Shown here: positions 13,016-25,000 of the stretch, one piece after another
How the letters are laid out: every line of letters begins with the position of its first letter
Position numbering within the stretch: the first letter of the stretch is position 1
Assembly (NCBI GenBank): GCA_008632985.1
Contig: QPGO01000083.1
Span: forward strand, 161,075 to 225,074
Length of the DNA: 64,000 nt
Source: Psammoneis japonica
Lineage: Eukaryota
Direction: 5' to 3'
Position numbers and translations under genes: made by a program
Notes under the pieces: generated by a model
The model's database searches: none
Seen by the model: only the letters and a program-made list of their open reading frames with translations
Told to the model about the DNA's origin: nothing

Positions 13016-16000
13016 ATGAGTGGCCGTGAAAGGCAAAAACACAAATCTTTGAGATCATCACACAAATCCTCTAATGTGAAGCGTCGTCGGCATGATGAGC
13101 CTGCGGCAACGGAAACACCCGGTTTTGAATGCTGTGAGTGCAATGGATGGATGCCCGAGAGAGGCAGCGTGTGTTTTACGATTCTCTGCAGGAAAAATCA
13201 TCGACTGTGTGTTGAATGTTTTGCGGGAGTGTGCACCGGTCTTGGACGACACAACCAAATTGCCTGTCCCAAGTGTGGCACCCTTTGCTCCAAGCATCTG
13301 TGCCGTTCTCTGACTTGCTCTCGGCAAGATGGTGTTGTAAAGACGAGATCAAAGACATCTGATCATGAAATGGCTGAACCAAGTGAGAGAAAGGACATGG
13401 TCCGACACTTTCAGACGAATCTCAAGGACCAAACAAATTTTGTCTCGGGCTTTCTTTGGTTGGATGGAAAGAAGATGGAAAACTGGATCTACAGAGCATT
13501 GTTTTCTCAAAAGACAGTCCTTCTGAAATGGGTGACGGAAATCAAAGGAACTTCTTTAGGTTGGTGAAGCGTCTTCATTCCATCATGATTGCCAACGACT
13601 CTGCTGCTGCGCGGCGATGCGACCCGACTGCGCATCCTGCCGAGCGAGCGCTTGCAGAGCTTGCAAAGTCCGACGACAGTTTTCTGTGTGACTTTGTGTT
13701 CTGTCTCTCGCATGGAAGAACAAGAAAAGAAATGGAGGAAGAAAAGGGAGAGGCATTGGAGGGCAGTCGGTGATGGGATCGACTTTTCAAGACCGTGTTT
13801 GTGGTGACGGACATGGTGCGGAGTGCAAGCAGCTCGAATTCGAGTGGCACCATTCAATCCCTGCTCGGTTCACATTTGGCTGCCCAAGCGGTGCCTGACA
13901 ACATTTCATCTCTTCTTGCTGGTTTCGGTCTGGCGACGACAAAACAAACAGTGAGGCGAGGGAACAAGAAACTCGCAGACCAGAGGATTCTGGAAGGATT
14001 TGATTTTGCCAAATCGTCAAAGTGCGACTGTCTCACCGACCAGCAAGACAACTGTGGGCATGAAGTTCGAGGTGGGAAAAAGAACAAAGTTGGACACGTT
14101 CAAACCATGCAACGAGTGACTCCACTGTACGACAACGAGCAAGCTGCCGCAGACGGACTGCATTGCGACCCAAGCAACCCGGGCCGAGAGGTGCCAAGCC
14201 GGGAGCCCGAGCATGATTTGGAAGAGGAACGGCAACACGAGGATTTTGCTGGCTGTGATGGAATAAAAGGAATTTGTCAATCTGACAAGGAACTCCTGGC
14301 AACGATGCAGCTGGGGGCGATCTGGTCCGTGACAGAGTGCGAATCAGAGCAACAATGGCCAAGGGAGCACGACGCGCACGTCATGTTGCATGCTGCAGAA
14401 TTTGATTGGCCAGGCGTTCCACATTGGAATGAAGTCACATCACGGGTGGTTGTTGAAAACTTTGATTCGAAACTTTACTTTGATGAGACGTCCATGACAG
14501 TTGATTGGCAGGATGCCGGGGACGTTGACGACGAAAGTGAAAACTCTGCTCCCAGAGAAACCTCAACTTTCCTTTCAATCAACAAAGCAACCATGCAGCC
14601 ACCACTTGACACCGATTTTGGTGAGGACAGTGCACTCAACAGCATCACAGACATGGGTGAGGAGAAGTGAAATGCAACACTCAAGAATTCCAAACGAGCA
14701 CTTGATTCTGATTGGGTAGAGGCGCAAGAGTCGAAGGGCACAGCACCCCTTCATGAAGATTTTCCGGTCGCGTTTGGTGGGGACGGTGACCCGTGTATAA
14801 ATTTGTTCAAACTGCGCCGTTTAAAGGAGTCATTCCGACTCATGGGGTTGACAATTGTTCTTGGGGGCTTCCATGCAATGCTGACTTGCTGGAAAGCCAT
14901 CGGGCGGCTTTTTGGTGGCGCATTTTTGATTGACATCTTGTCGTTGTGGCGAACATCAGAAGCCCAGCTAAACTGGGTCTTGAATCCTGGTGATCCAGGG
15001 GCCGTCCTACGAGAGACCAACACAATGGTGAATGCCATTCACCTCTCTGCAACACGAAAGTGTGTCGAGAAGAAACGCAGGGCAACCGAAGATGGTGCAG
15101 CCATTGAGATGAGTGCTGTGGATGTTGTTGACCACATGCTTGAGCGAGCGGCAGAGCATCCAATGATTGTTTTGATTCTGGCGTGGCTCCGTCTCTATCA
15201 TGTGATGCAGCTGCTACAATCAGCTGAAGCAACTGCCTCCATTGCAACGTTTCTATTGGCCTTGAAGCTTGTGGCCTCACATGTTGTGCTTTCTCATCAC
15301 ACGGGGTGCGCATCGCCAATTGCTGATTTTTTCACGGACTGGTGGTGCGCCTCACCGGCGAGAAAGAAACTCATTGAGAAAGCGGCTCTGTTTCGAAAGA
15401 CCACATCCGGGAAGTTCATTTATGCCAACAGATTCATGGAATGGATTGTTCGGGACGAACGGCACCATTTTGGCAAATTCGTCAATGGGACCGTCAACAA
15501 CCATCACGTCCAGTGCAGAACGACGGCACTGACACCAAATCAGAATCTGGTGTTAAAGGGTGCAACAAAGCGGCCTGTGGGTGGTCATACGAGGAAACTG
15601 GCCCTCATTGACAAGGTTTTTTGTGAGACGTTACTTTGTGTCAAAGACTTGAATCTGTTTGGGGAGGGCCCAGTCCGGAAAGTCCCATCATTGCCTTGCG
15701 TGGAACGACACCCGAATGGCCAACCTGGTGAATGGGAGCCCGTTTTGGTTGGGGAATGTGTCAGCCCATCTGGCACCCCACTCAACACAGACGCTTGCTT
15801 TGGATTAAGTCGCTCCGAGAACATTGACCGAGATTTTTGTGATTGTTTTTACACAAACGCGGAAGATCTGAATGATCCAAGGCGACCCGAGGGAAAGGAT
15901 GGCGTTGACCTTTCGGTGCTAGATCCACTGAAGAGTGCGGAAAGCACTCAGTTTGATCTTGACAAGAAGCGTTCTGTGTCTGTTGATGAAAATTGTCTGT

Positions 16001-16539
16001 TGGAGAAGGGGGTCTGTTCAGCAGCGGATGCGGTGGGAGAAATTGGAAAGCTCAAGGGGGAGCTCAACGAGTGCTGCAAGGAAGGGAAAATTGACGAAGA
16101 GTTCTGTGAGAGCATCAAGAAATTGAAGAGAGTTTAGAAAGTTGCAGGAGATGGTGCCAAAAAGAAGGTGACTGTGCAGAACAAGACCTTTTTGATTGGT
16201 GTCATTGTCAAGGCTAGAAAGAAGCTCATGGAGCTGGATCCCAACTGGAGTCACAACTGTGTGGCTGCAATCGAGACCAGTCGAGAGAGCTGGGCAAGCA
16301 ACCGCAGCCAAGGGTTTCTCCCCAGTCTGCAAGAAGAGCTGAAGCATGATCTGCACACATTCAAGAGCACTGTGGCAAGGAAGGACTTCAGTGAAAAGAC
16401 AATCCAGTTCAGCTCATCTGAAGGTGTGGACCTTGCCGACGATGTCGGGCTGACACAAACATCCAAGGGATGTTGCACGGGGCTTGTCGCATTTTCTCCT
16501 CAGGGACTGAGCCAGCGGTCTCGACAATTTTTAGCGTGA
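13016..16539 (+). pseudogene. Disrupted putative transposase: RING-like Zn finger + DUF6589-like region
   Basis: Fragments CCECNG..CRKNHRLCVECF..CPKC, IQSLLGSHL....LLAGFGLA, QDN, FGGDGDP, LGGFHAML across ORFs 12899, 13456, 13795, 14803 and 16168. Broken by stops and frameshifts, and Tyr-poor. The domain call is from memory of the motif pattern. Confidence 0.5.
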
Positions 16540-16636
16540 TGCTTTGGCAACAGCATGCCTCACATTTCTGGAGAATGGCGTGCGTAAATTGCCTGGAGCA
16601 TGTTTCATGAAGCTCACCACAACCAGTCAAGGTCAA

Positions 16637-17931
16637 TCAATTCTCCTCGTCTGACGAGTCTTCGTCCGATGCATCGTCCGCCTGGACCTCACCATGCACG
16701 CGAGGCTTTGCTTTCGGCGCTTGGCGCTTGGAATGGTTCTTTCCAACACAGTTTGCAATTTCCGTGCTGAGATTCGAGTCGGGATCCTTCAGCTTGCCAC
16801 CTGCAAACGGAGCAGCAAGAACATGCTTTTCTCTCTCTTCTTGATCAGAAGAATGAAATGCATTGGCGCACGCCCTCATGCACTTCTTTGCTCCCTCCTT
16901 TGATGATGCTGGCATGTGTAAAAATGGCTTTCGAGAGCGATTGTGCGTGGGTTGGCCGCCGTCGGCAGTCGTTTGGCACAACTCACTAAACACGAGATGT
17001 GCAACATGGACACCGGGTTGTCGATCCACTGGGTCAGGATGCCGGACTGTGTCAGTGCACTTCGCCACTCTCTTGAGCGAAGAATGCATCACTCCCATCG
17101 ATGTTTTGTCAACTTGTTGACAAATTGTCTGTGAGTTGGTTCCAGTTTTGTGCTTCTTTTTCCGCTGCTCTTCTTCCTCACTGCCAACAAGCTCTCGTCG
17201 CTTTTCCTCACTGGAAAAAAGACTGACATTCTCATTCATTGCGTGAGCTCGAGAGGGACGTGGGCTGTGCAGTTGGATCAGACTGGGATCGTCGTCTAAA
17301 AAAAAGCCTCATTGAGATCACGCACAAACTTTGCGATTTGTGGCTCGTCACTTTCCTCGTCAGCGGCAGATGAGGCTGCTGCCACTGAGTCTTCTGTAAC
17401 TGTGGCATCTTGTTGAGCTCCATCACTCAATGGGCGACTGGAATTGGTGGGTGGCGGTGTGACAGACCGTGCATGGTGCACTCGTTCAGGCATTGACGAG
17501 CGTGTGTCCGCGCGTGTAACCGTGCCTGTATCTGCATTGCTCAATGAAGTCATTTTCGCTCGGAGAAGTTCTTTTTGCTCCATCAAACTCGTTACATTTT
17601 TCCTATATTCGTCTCTCTCCCAACGCTGTGCATTCTTGAGTTTTTCCCTCTCGAAATCTCGATGCTGTTTGCCGAGCGTGATGCAGTCAATAATTTTCCG
17701 ATCCACGATTCTGAAGTCGCTGGAGCATCCAATGACTGTCTTTGGAAGCGCCACAGTAGCCCCCAACTTTGATATATCGGGATAAAAATTCGACAACGAC
17801 TTGGCATCGTTCAAATCGAGCTTCAACAACTTCGATTGGAGAGAAGTTGAGCATCGGACCGAAAATTCGACCTGCAAATCATCTGTCACTTTGATGGCTC
17901 TACTCATGACAATACTTGGTCGTAAATCCAA
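16637..17931 (-). CDS. Second, convergent gene of the TIR element (coiled-coil, unknown function; probably spliced or disrupted)
   Basis: ORFs 17296-17931 (211 aa) and 16637-17239 (200 aa) have protein-like composition and lie between the TIRs. Confidence 0.5.
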
Positions 17932-18471
17932 AAATGAAGCTACCAGTATATTCTTAGTAGTATCAATAACGACTCAGCAACGTACTGTGAGACAGTTCTT
18001 AATAGTTACAGAGTGGTAGGCTTCCAAGTTTGACACGCCATGGGCGAGGTCATGATTTTTGTGTTTTTTGGAAATTTGGAGATTGACAAATCTTCGTACG
18101 ACGGTCAGTACACGGTAGAGATTTTCAGTCCGTTCGCAGATGAGATCATTGCTGAAAGAGAAAAGTCACGACCGTTGACTTTTCATCTTTTTTTCAATTG
18201 TCGTGGTTTCTGTTGCGATTTTTGATCACTGCCAATCAAGCAACGAGAAACTGATTTGTCATGGTGGGTCTAATCTCACTGCAGGTTGCATTGCACAGGT
18301 TTGAGCGTTGGTGTGTGCAAAATCCACGACAACGGAAGCACTGTATCGTGTTCACGGCCGTTACGGTCGCGGTTGGAGAGCAAGCACAATGACACACGCA
18401 CTGTGCTGCAAAAGATCCAGCAAGCAGCACAGCGAATCATCAGCAGGCCATAATACCAGAAGCTTTGGGTA

Positions 18472-19570
18472 TTGGTGACGAACTTGATCTCCCATGTGCT
18501 TGTGTCCATTGTGCATGAGAGACGACTTCTCTTTGTCACGGTCAATAACGACGCAACAGCGAACAAGAATGTGACCAGCGCTTCTCCAGACAAAGTAGAT
18601 GAAAAGAATGACGATGATCTGCCTACATTTTCAGAGTTGCTCGTCCAAAGTGTGCGTGTGTCGAACGCTTAAAAAGCAGTTAGCCATGCCCCCATCTGTG
18701 CTAGGCCTGCTCATCTTTCTTCAAACTTTCGGAGCAGTCGTGCATCGACGTCACGTTGTCGAGTTCTTATCATTTCTCTCTTACGCTCGTATGTTTTCTT
18801 ACTTTCTCTTCTTCTTACAGCAAAGCGACAAGTATCATCGTCATCACTACGAACGCTTTTATGAAAAATGGTTTGAACCCTGCCGCCGCATCGAAGAGTT
18901 GAAAATGGTGGAGATTGGGGCAGACCAAGGCAAATGTTTGGACTTGTGGAACAATTACTTTACCCATCCCTCTCGTATCATTGGCGTTGCCTACGGCGGC
19001 CCGTCGCAGGGCGTGGAAACCAAGACGGCGTCCATGCAACACATTACGGTCAAAGCAAAAAGGAAACCATGGATCGGATCGCTCGAGAGGGACCCTATCA
19101 CGTCATTCTAGACGATGCGTCTCATGTTCCCGAGCACGAACTGTTTACCATGTTTGCTCTATGGGACAAGAGTGTCTTGCCGGGTGGTATGTACATTATC
19201 GAAGACTTGGAAACACACTATTGGGCACGTGGGGCCAAAGTGTATGGATATCCTCTCAAGGGAAACGGTGTCACGGCCGGCGGGACGCAACGACAAGTCG
19301 GCCTTGCACAAGGTGATTCAGCTTGTGCACGTGTTGAATCGTCATCAGATTAGTGCGTCCGAGTACATGTCCATCATGCCGGGTGACGGCAGTATCTGTT
19401 CAATTGAATTTGCTCAAAACACGTTGGTTCTACGGAAATGTACCAAGGAAGATATGGAAAAAACACCGCAAGGCATGGTGTGGAACAAGCCGATTCATCA
19501 CGACGAAATGAAGGCGTGGGTGGAAGAATCAAAACAATCCAATCCATCACCGGAGGGTGCTGACGTCTAA
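18472..19570 (+). pseudogene. Class I SAM-dependent methyltransferase-like gene with frameshifts
   Basis: In-frame intron 18652-18820. Motifs SDKYHRHHYERFYEKWF, VEIG, VILDDASH, VLPGGMYIIEDLET. Frame changes near 19050 and 19285, and no clear ATG. Confidence 0.7.
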
Positions 19571-20283
19571 TTTTATTATCTCTACCTGGTATGTCCAAAA
19601 AATGCTGACGGAGAAAGGGTGTCATTATTTGTGATTGATTCTCCTGAGGTCAAAGATTGCACACAAGCTACAGTTACAAAACTACTAGCATCCTAAACAA
19701 AAATGGCGGATGGTTTAACGGACGGTTTTACTGCTTTCATGCTACGTTGGTCGTGTCCCTCTTTTCTGCTGAGCTTTCTTGTTTATTGCTGCTAATGTTC
19801 TTTCACTAGATGTTGTAATTGTGAGAAGAGATTGAGAAGATCACTTCAAAGTAGGGAAGGAAACAGCATACTGTAGCTATCGAGTGAACGAACGATCGAT
19901 CGATCGAATGATCGAACACTCTGCAGCCATCGGTTTAATGAACGATCTATAGAACGAACGAAAGCTCACTGAGCATAGCATCTAAGTATGACTGCCTTCT
20001 GCAACCAGGCCCGCATAATTACTAGAACTGATTGTTTGTGAAGCAAATTTCACAGCTACAAAGTATTTCAAAGACACTCGCTTTGCACGTGTTCTTTGAC
20101 TGTAAGCAGCTAAGTATGTAGTAGTAGATTACAACTGAGTGAGGATTGGCCGAAGTAAGGCAATCTTCGACAGGGGGCGCGTAACACAGCTCAACAGACA
20201 CACAAATTTGTGCCATTATCATTATCTATACTCCTGTACTAGGTTTCTACACTCTAGCTAGACTACTAGAAAAACAGAAATGG

Positions 20284-21480
20284 CTACGTAGTAAAACTTT
20301 TCAGATGCTTTTTTTTCTTCTTCTCCTTGTAGTGCTGTATAAATGCCTTTGTCATGATCTTGCCATTCAGGGTAGGAACTTCATAGAATGGGTCAACGTC
20401 AAAAATATAGGGAGCTCCGACCTCAGAAACAATTCCCATCAAATCTGGCAGAGGTAGTACGTAAAACAATTGCTTCATCCCATCTGCATCCACCCTGTCT
20501 GGGTCTTCTTTCACCAAATTCGGAACAGGGAGATTTTCGTCCCATTCATTGAATTTTTCCTTGACCATCCTATCAAACTTTAGTATTCGATTACTGGCAG
20601 CAAACATGTTTCCTTCATAGACCTTGTTCACTTGTTCCAGGGCCTCGGCAGTTGACATCCCTCCAACCATATTGTCGCACACTTCAATCAGGGTGAGGAG
20701 GAGCAAGTCAAATTTATCCGTAATTTCGTACGAGACTGCCTGCTTCTGCGGATCTTTCCAACTAATCGGCAACTTGTGGGACACCAGAGCGTTTGCTTCC
20801 GGTGTTGTGACACACCCCACAGCAACGGGGATAATGCGCAACTTCATGAGATCCGTGTGCAAAGCCACAGCAGCCCGAGAAGATGAGATATCAACAACAA
20901 ATCGGACAAGTTGTGTGTTGTATGACATTGTCTTGCAAAAATGCAATACATTTTTTAGTGCAGCAGGTTTTGCTGACGACTCCACCGATATAACGATGAC
21001 AAGTGCCTTCCCTCTGCTTTTCAAGATCGAAGCGCAGACATCCAGTTCAAAATCTTGATCATATTGTTTCTTCCAGGGATCAAATAATCGTGTCCACCTT
21101 TCATGAAGTTCTTTTGTGGCGGCTGGGCCCTCATCCGCGGCGAGAGTCCACTGCATAACACCCAAGTGCGAAGCCAAGGTTTGCTCAATAGCCGTCGTTT
21201 TCCCAGAGCCACGCTGTCCATAGACAAACACCGTCTTGTAGTCATAATGTTCCAAGGCTTTTTGAAGCGACGCAATCACATCCGGTCTAGCCAATAGATA
21301 GTCGGGCGTTCCGCGGGTGTGTTTGACTTTCGCTCTCGACAAGACGTATGATGCCCGTTTGACTCGAAGAAAGGGTGAAGAGAACAGAGCCGAAAGCACC
21401 ACCACCAAAGATACCAGCGCCACCAGCATCCAGACTATAGATTCCACATTCAAATCTTTAGTCAGCCATGGTAAGACCAA
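20284..21480 (-). CDS. Membrane-anchored P-loop ATPase-domain protein
   Basis: Intact 398-codon ORF with an N-terminal hydrophobic helix and Walker A VYGQRGSGKTT. First ATG is at about 21430. Confidence 0.75.
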   Translation of the reverse strand: MVLPWLTKDLNVESIVWMLVALVSLVVVLSALFSSPFLRVKRASYVLSRAKVKHTRGTPDYLLARPDVIASLQKALEHYDYKTVFVYGQRGSGKTTAIEQTLASHLGVMQWTLAADEGPAATKELHERWTRLFDPWKKQYDQDFELDVCASILKSRGKALVIVISVESSAKPAALKNVLHFCKTMSYNTQLVRFVVDISSSRAAVALHTDLMKLRIIPVAVGCVTTPEANALVSHKLPISWKDPQKQAVSYEITDKFDLLLLTLIEVCDNMVGGMSTAEALEQVNKVYEGNMFAASNRILKFDRMVKEKFNEWDENLPVPNLVKEDPDRVDADGMKQLFYVLPLPDLMGIVSEVGAPYIFDVDPFYEVPTLNGKIMTKAFIQHYKEKKKKKHLKSFTT

Positions 21481-21572
21481 GTTAGATTCGGCTGCAGTGG
21501 TGGAGTGTGGAGTTCATGGGTCGTTCGGTCGGTGTTGTGTGTTGTGGTTACTTCGAAGTACTTGTAGTCTAG

Positions 21573-21898
21573 AGTACTACGAATTGCTGAACAATTGCGC
21601 GATTCACGTGCCCGAACGATGATTGTTGCTTCGGGCACGAAATTCGAGCTTCGCGCACGTAGAAACCGTAGAAAATGTACCAGCATTCGAGAATGTCCGA
21701 TTTGTGTAGATCACGTTGCACAGTACCACGAGGTCATTTGATGAAATTCCCTCGACGACTCATACGACTACAATGAGATTTTCAATACCATGTGCTATAT
21801 AGAATGGACATCTGCGCGAAGGGAGAATGTTGCTTCGGGCAACGATATTCGACCTTCGGGCACGTGAATCGCGCAATTGTTCAGCAATTCGTAGTACT
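21573..21898. mobile_element. MITE-like element with perfect 44-bp inverted repeats
   Basis: 21573-21616 (AGTACTACGAATTGCTGAACAATTGCGCGATTCACGTGCCCGAA) is the exact reverse complement of 21855-21898. Possible TA TSD at 21575-76 / 21895-96. Confidence 0.8.
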
Positions 21899-22069
21899 TG
21901 TGCGCTTGTGCCGGCCACCGTCGTGAGCCTGAGACTGTTCGCTGCACGGGCAATCGACAGACCGCACAGAGGAAGGCGGCGCGCGCGGCGGCGGCGACGG
22001 CGCGGCGCGGGAGACGGAACCGCGGGAGACTACCAGATGGCGAAGTAGGCAGACAGACGGCGTCATTCA

Positions 22070-25000
22070 GATAGATTGATTGGGCGCTTCGATGAACGGC
22101 TGTGTCTCATTGTCTCTTTGTTTGCAAACATCAAGCAAAAACATTGGGTGCTTCAAACAACACCATGACATCATGTTCATTGAAATGTCAGGGAGAGGGA
22201 CACCTGCAATGCTCTTCTGCTTCATTTGGAGACATGCATCGCTGGCAAACCATGAGCTTGTGTGACCTCCGCGCAAGTTTCACAAAATGTCTCATCAGCA
22301 TCGTCTTCATCATGTGCCTTTCTGATCAACTTGATGATGGTGCTGGCAGCCCACAAATGGTCGGGTGCAACAGGTGGAGAGTGCACAAGAACATGGCGGC
22401 ACAATGCATCACATCATCAGCAACATGCTCCATCTTGTGCTGCTTGTTTTGTCTTTGTGCATTGTCACCCAATTTTTGATTGACAAAGCTGAAGATGTGG
22501 TTTGGTGGTGTTTTCATTTGTTGTGATCAGACAAGTCCTGACAGGCCAGCCATTCTCCTCTGGATCTTTGTCATTTTTGTGACTGACTCTCATGGCAACA
22601 TCTGAAAGTCGAGAACCTTTTGATCTGCCAGCAATCTGTTCCCCATGTCCTTGTTCAGGTGCCCAGAGAATTGGACCTTGTTGTCCCTGTCCACAACCAC
22701 AAGCTGAACAATGTTGTCTGCTGAAGTGCCAGTCATTTGAGTGCAAAGAGAGGCTTCTTTTTGTTCAACGTGGAGGCCACTTTGCCTCAGAGAGTCTGAT
22801 TGTCAACAACTTTGACTGCAGAGATGAACTGAGTTTATGTGGTTCTGTCCAGATTGACAACAAGAAAAGGACTTTATCTTGGGAAGAAGCTTGATGGCAG
22901 GAAAACAAAGGGCATGTCACATTGGCATTGAGGGAGCTCCTGGAGAAGAGGAAGGCTCCAAGAAGAAGGCTGTCAGGCTCCAGCTGCAAATGACCATGCA
23001 AGGCAACACAACCAAAGATTGCAATCATCAGACAATGATTTTTAACAATGCAGCAACAATCCAGGCTTGCATCATGTGATTGTCCTTGTCAGGCACAGAA
23101 ATGAGGCAGTTGAGCAAGTTGTTTGTTCTCACGATCTCCGGTCACAATGGTGTCACGCGCGCACATGGTGACCCTGTGCGCAGGATGTGGTGCCAATCTG
23201 TTGTGCACCAAATCTCTCTGTGCATTTCTGCATGGTCATGATGTCTCACAAATCCAATGGCCTGGAGCCAACAAATGTCACAGCACTGTCATTTTTCAGT
23301 CACAATGCAATGGCACTTGCATCACACTGCAATCGTCACGGCACCGTTGTCAATTGTAAAATCTAAACAAAAGGAAGAAAGGCAGAGTGTGAAGAAACTC
23401 CATTGTCGCACACTGTAAAATCCAAACAAAAGGAAGAAAGACAGAGCACAAAGAAACAATGTTGTTTTGCACTTTCATTCAGTTCAAACTTTCAGCTCTT
23501 CTCATTCTCCATTGACTGCAGATGCGGCTGGCTCACCTGCAACTTTCCCTCCAAGAATTCTTTGTTGAGGGACTTTGTTTTGTCCAGCTCTTTCTCAGTT
23601 TCTGCCAATGCCACCTTGAGATCTGCAGCTGTCTGCACTGCAATTGCAATGTTCTTCATCATTTCGTCTCACAGTTTTTCAACAAAAGCAGGGGTCTCAC
23701 AGTTGCACTTCCTCAACACCACAAGTTCTAACTGCATCTTTCATTTCTGTTTCAAAAAGAACCGGGTTTAAGCAATGAGAACAAAGATGACTGAAATGAT
23801 GAAAAGATGCAAAAATTGCAGCTGCGTGACTCACCTCATCAAACACATTTTGAAAGAACGGGGTCATTTTTGCATGGTGTTGACAGCTGAGTTTGTGTTG
23901 TGTGCTTTTCTGATGAAAGCTTTCAATGCAAGGCATTCCTGCAACAAAGTTGCACCCGAAGGCTCCGATGCTCCCCGAGTGGCTTTGCAATCCTCTCATG
24001 CACGCACCGCTCATCTGCATGGTCCTCAGCAACACTCTCTCCTTTGTGCCACTCTGCAGAGTCCAGACAACTCAAGCTTTGCTCATGAATGGGCTCCAAT
24101 GTCATTTTGCCATGGAAGTTGTCAACATCTGCAAACACCACAGTGCAGTTGAAAGCATCATCATGTTGTCTTTTCGTGGATGCTTTTTGTCAACTGTGGT
24201 TTCTGATCAACACACTGTTTTTGCATGTTCCTTTGCTCTTTTGGGTTCCTTTCTGCAGCCACTGGTCATCCCAAAGCATTTCTGCTGGCCACTGCCCATT
24301 GCCAATGCCTCCCTTGTCTTCATCGGAAACCACCACTCCTGTTGCGTCCTCACCCATGGAGAAATGCTGGCAAAAATCTCACACAGTGCAAACCCGTGTT
24401 TTTTGTTTAAATCTTTGATCTCCACTTGCCCCATTTCAACTGCTGATGCTTCGGCATGTCTTGAGTCATCTCCTTGAAAGGGGCAAGTGGAGGCCATTGG
24501 CTGGTTCTCTGGGATGGCATTTCATCCGACGGTGCTCATCATGGTTGTCGGCGTTTTTTGTTTTGTGCTCTTTGTCCTTTTGCAGGCTAAATTTTTTGAT
24601 GGAGGGAGATTGCTGCCGACACAAGATTGCACAATTTGTCCCACAGATGTCGTGCCATGCAAAACATCTGCAGGCACAGAAAAGGCTCTGCTGGGTGTGC
24701 ACATGGTCCATTCCAAAAAAAGGCTGTGTGGTTTGAAAGCAAGCACGCGCAAAAAGCACAAAATCCAAAAATCCATCATCTCAACGGGAAAAAGTCATCC
24801 ATCACATCCATGGATTGAGGGCACAAAAAAAGACAAAAGCAACTGGCCTTCAAACATTTAATGCAAATGACCTCAAAACAGAAAACAGCCAATTGATTGG
24901 CCAGGAGTCAATGGCATCCCAACCCAAAAATGACCAAGGCAATGTGAGGTTGCGAATGTTTTGTGTCAGTGAACCAAGCATTTTTTATGAAATCCCGAAC

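Larger units (their letters stand above)
12792..18147. mobile_element. 5.36-kb TIR DNA transposon with two convergent ORF sets, superfamily unassigned
   Basis: 68-bp inverted repeats at 12792-12859 and 18080-18147 with 2 mismatches. The outer GATC at both ends may be a 4-bp TSD. Confidence 0.8.

Noticed and set aside
19880..19962. CGAT/CGAA short repeats
   Set aside because: Short low-complexity intergenic tract with no further structure.
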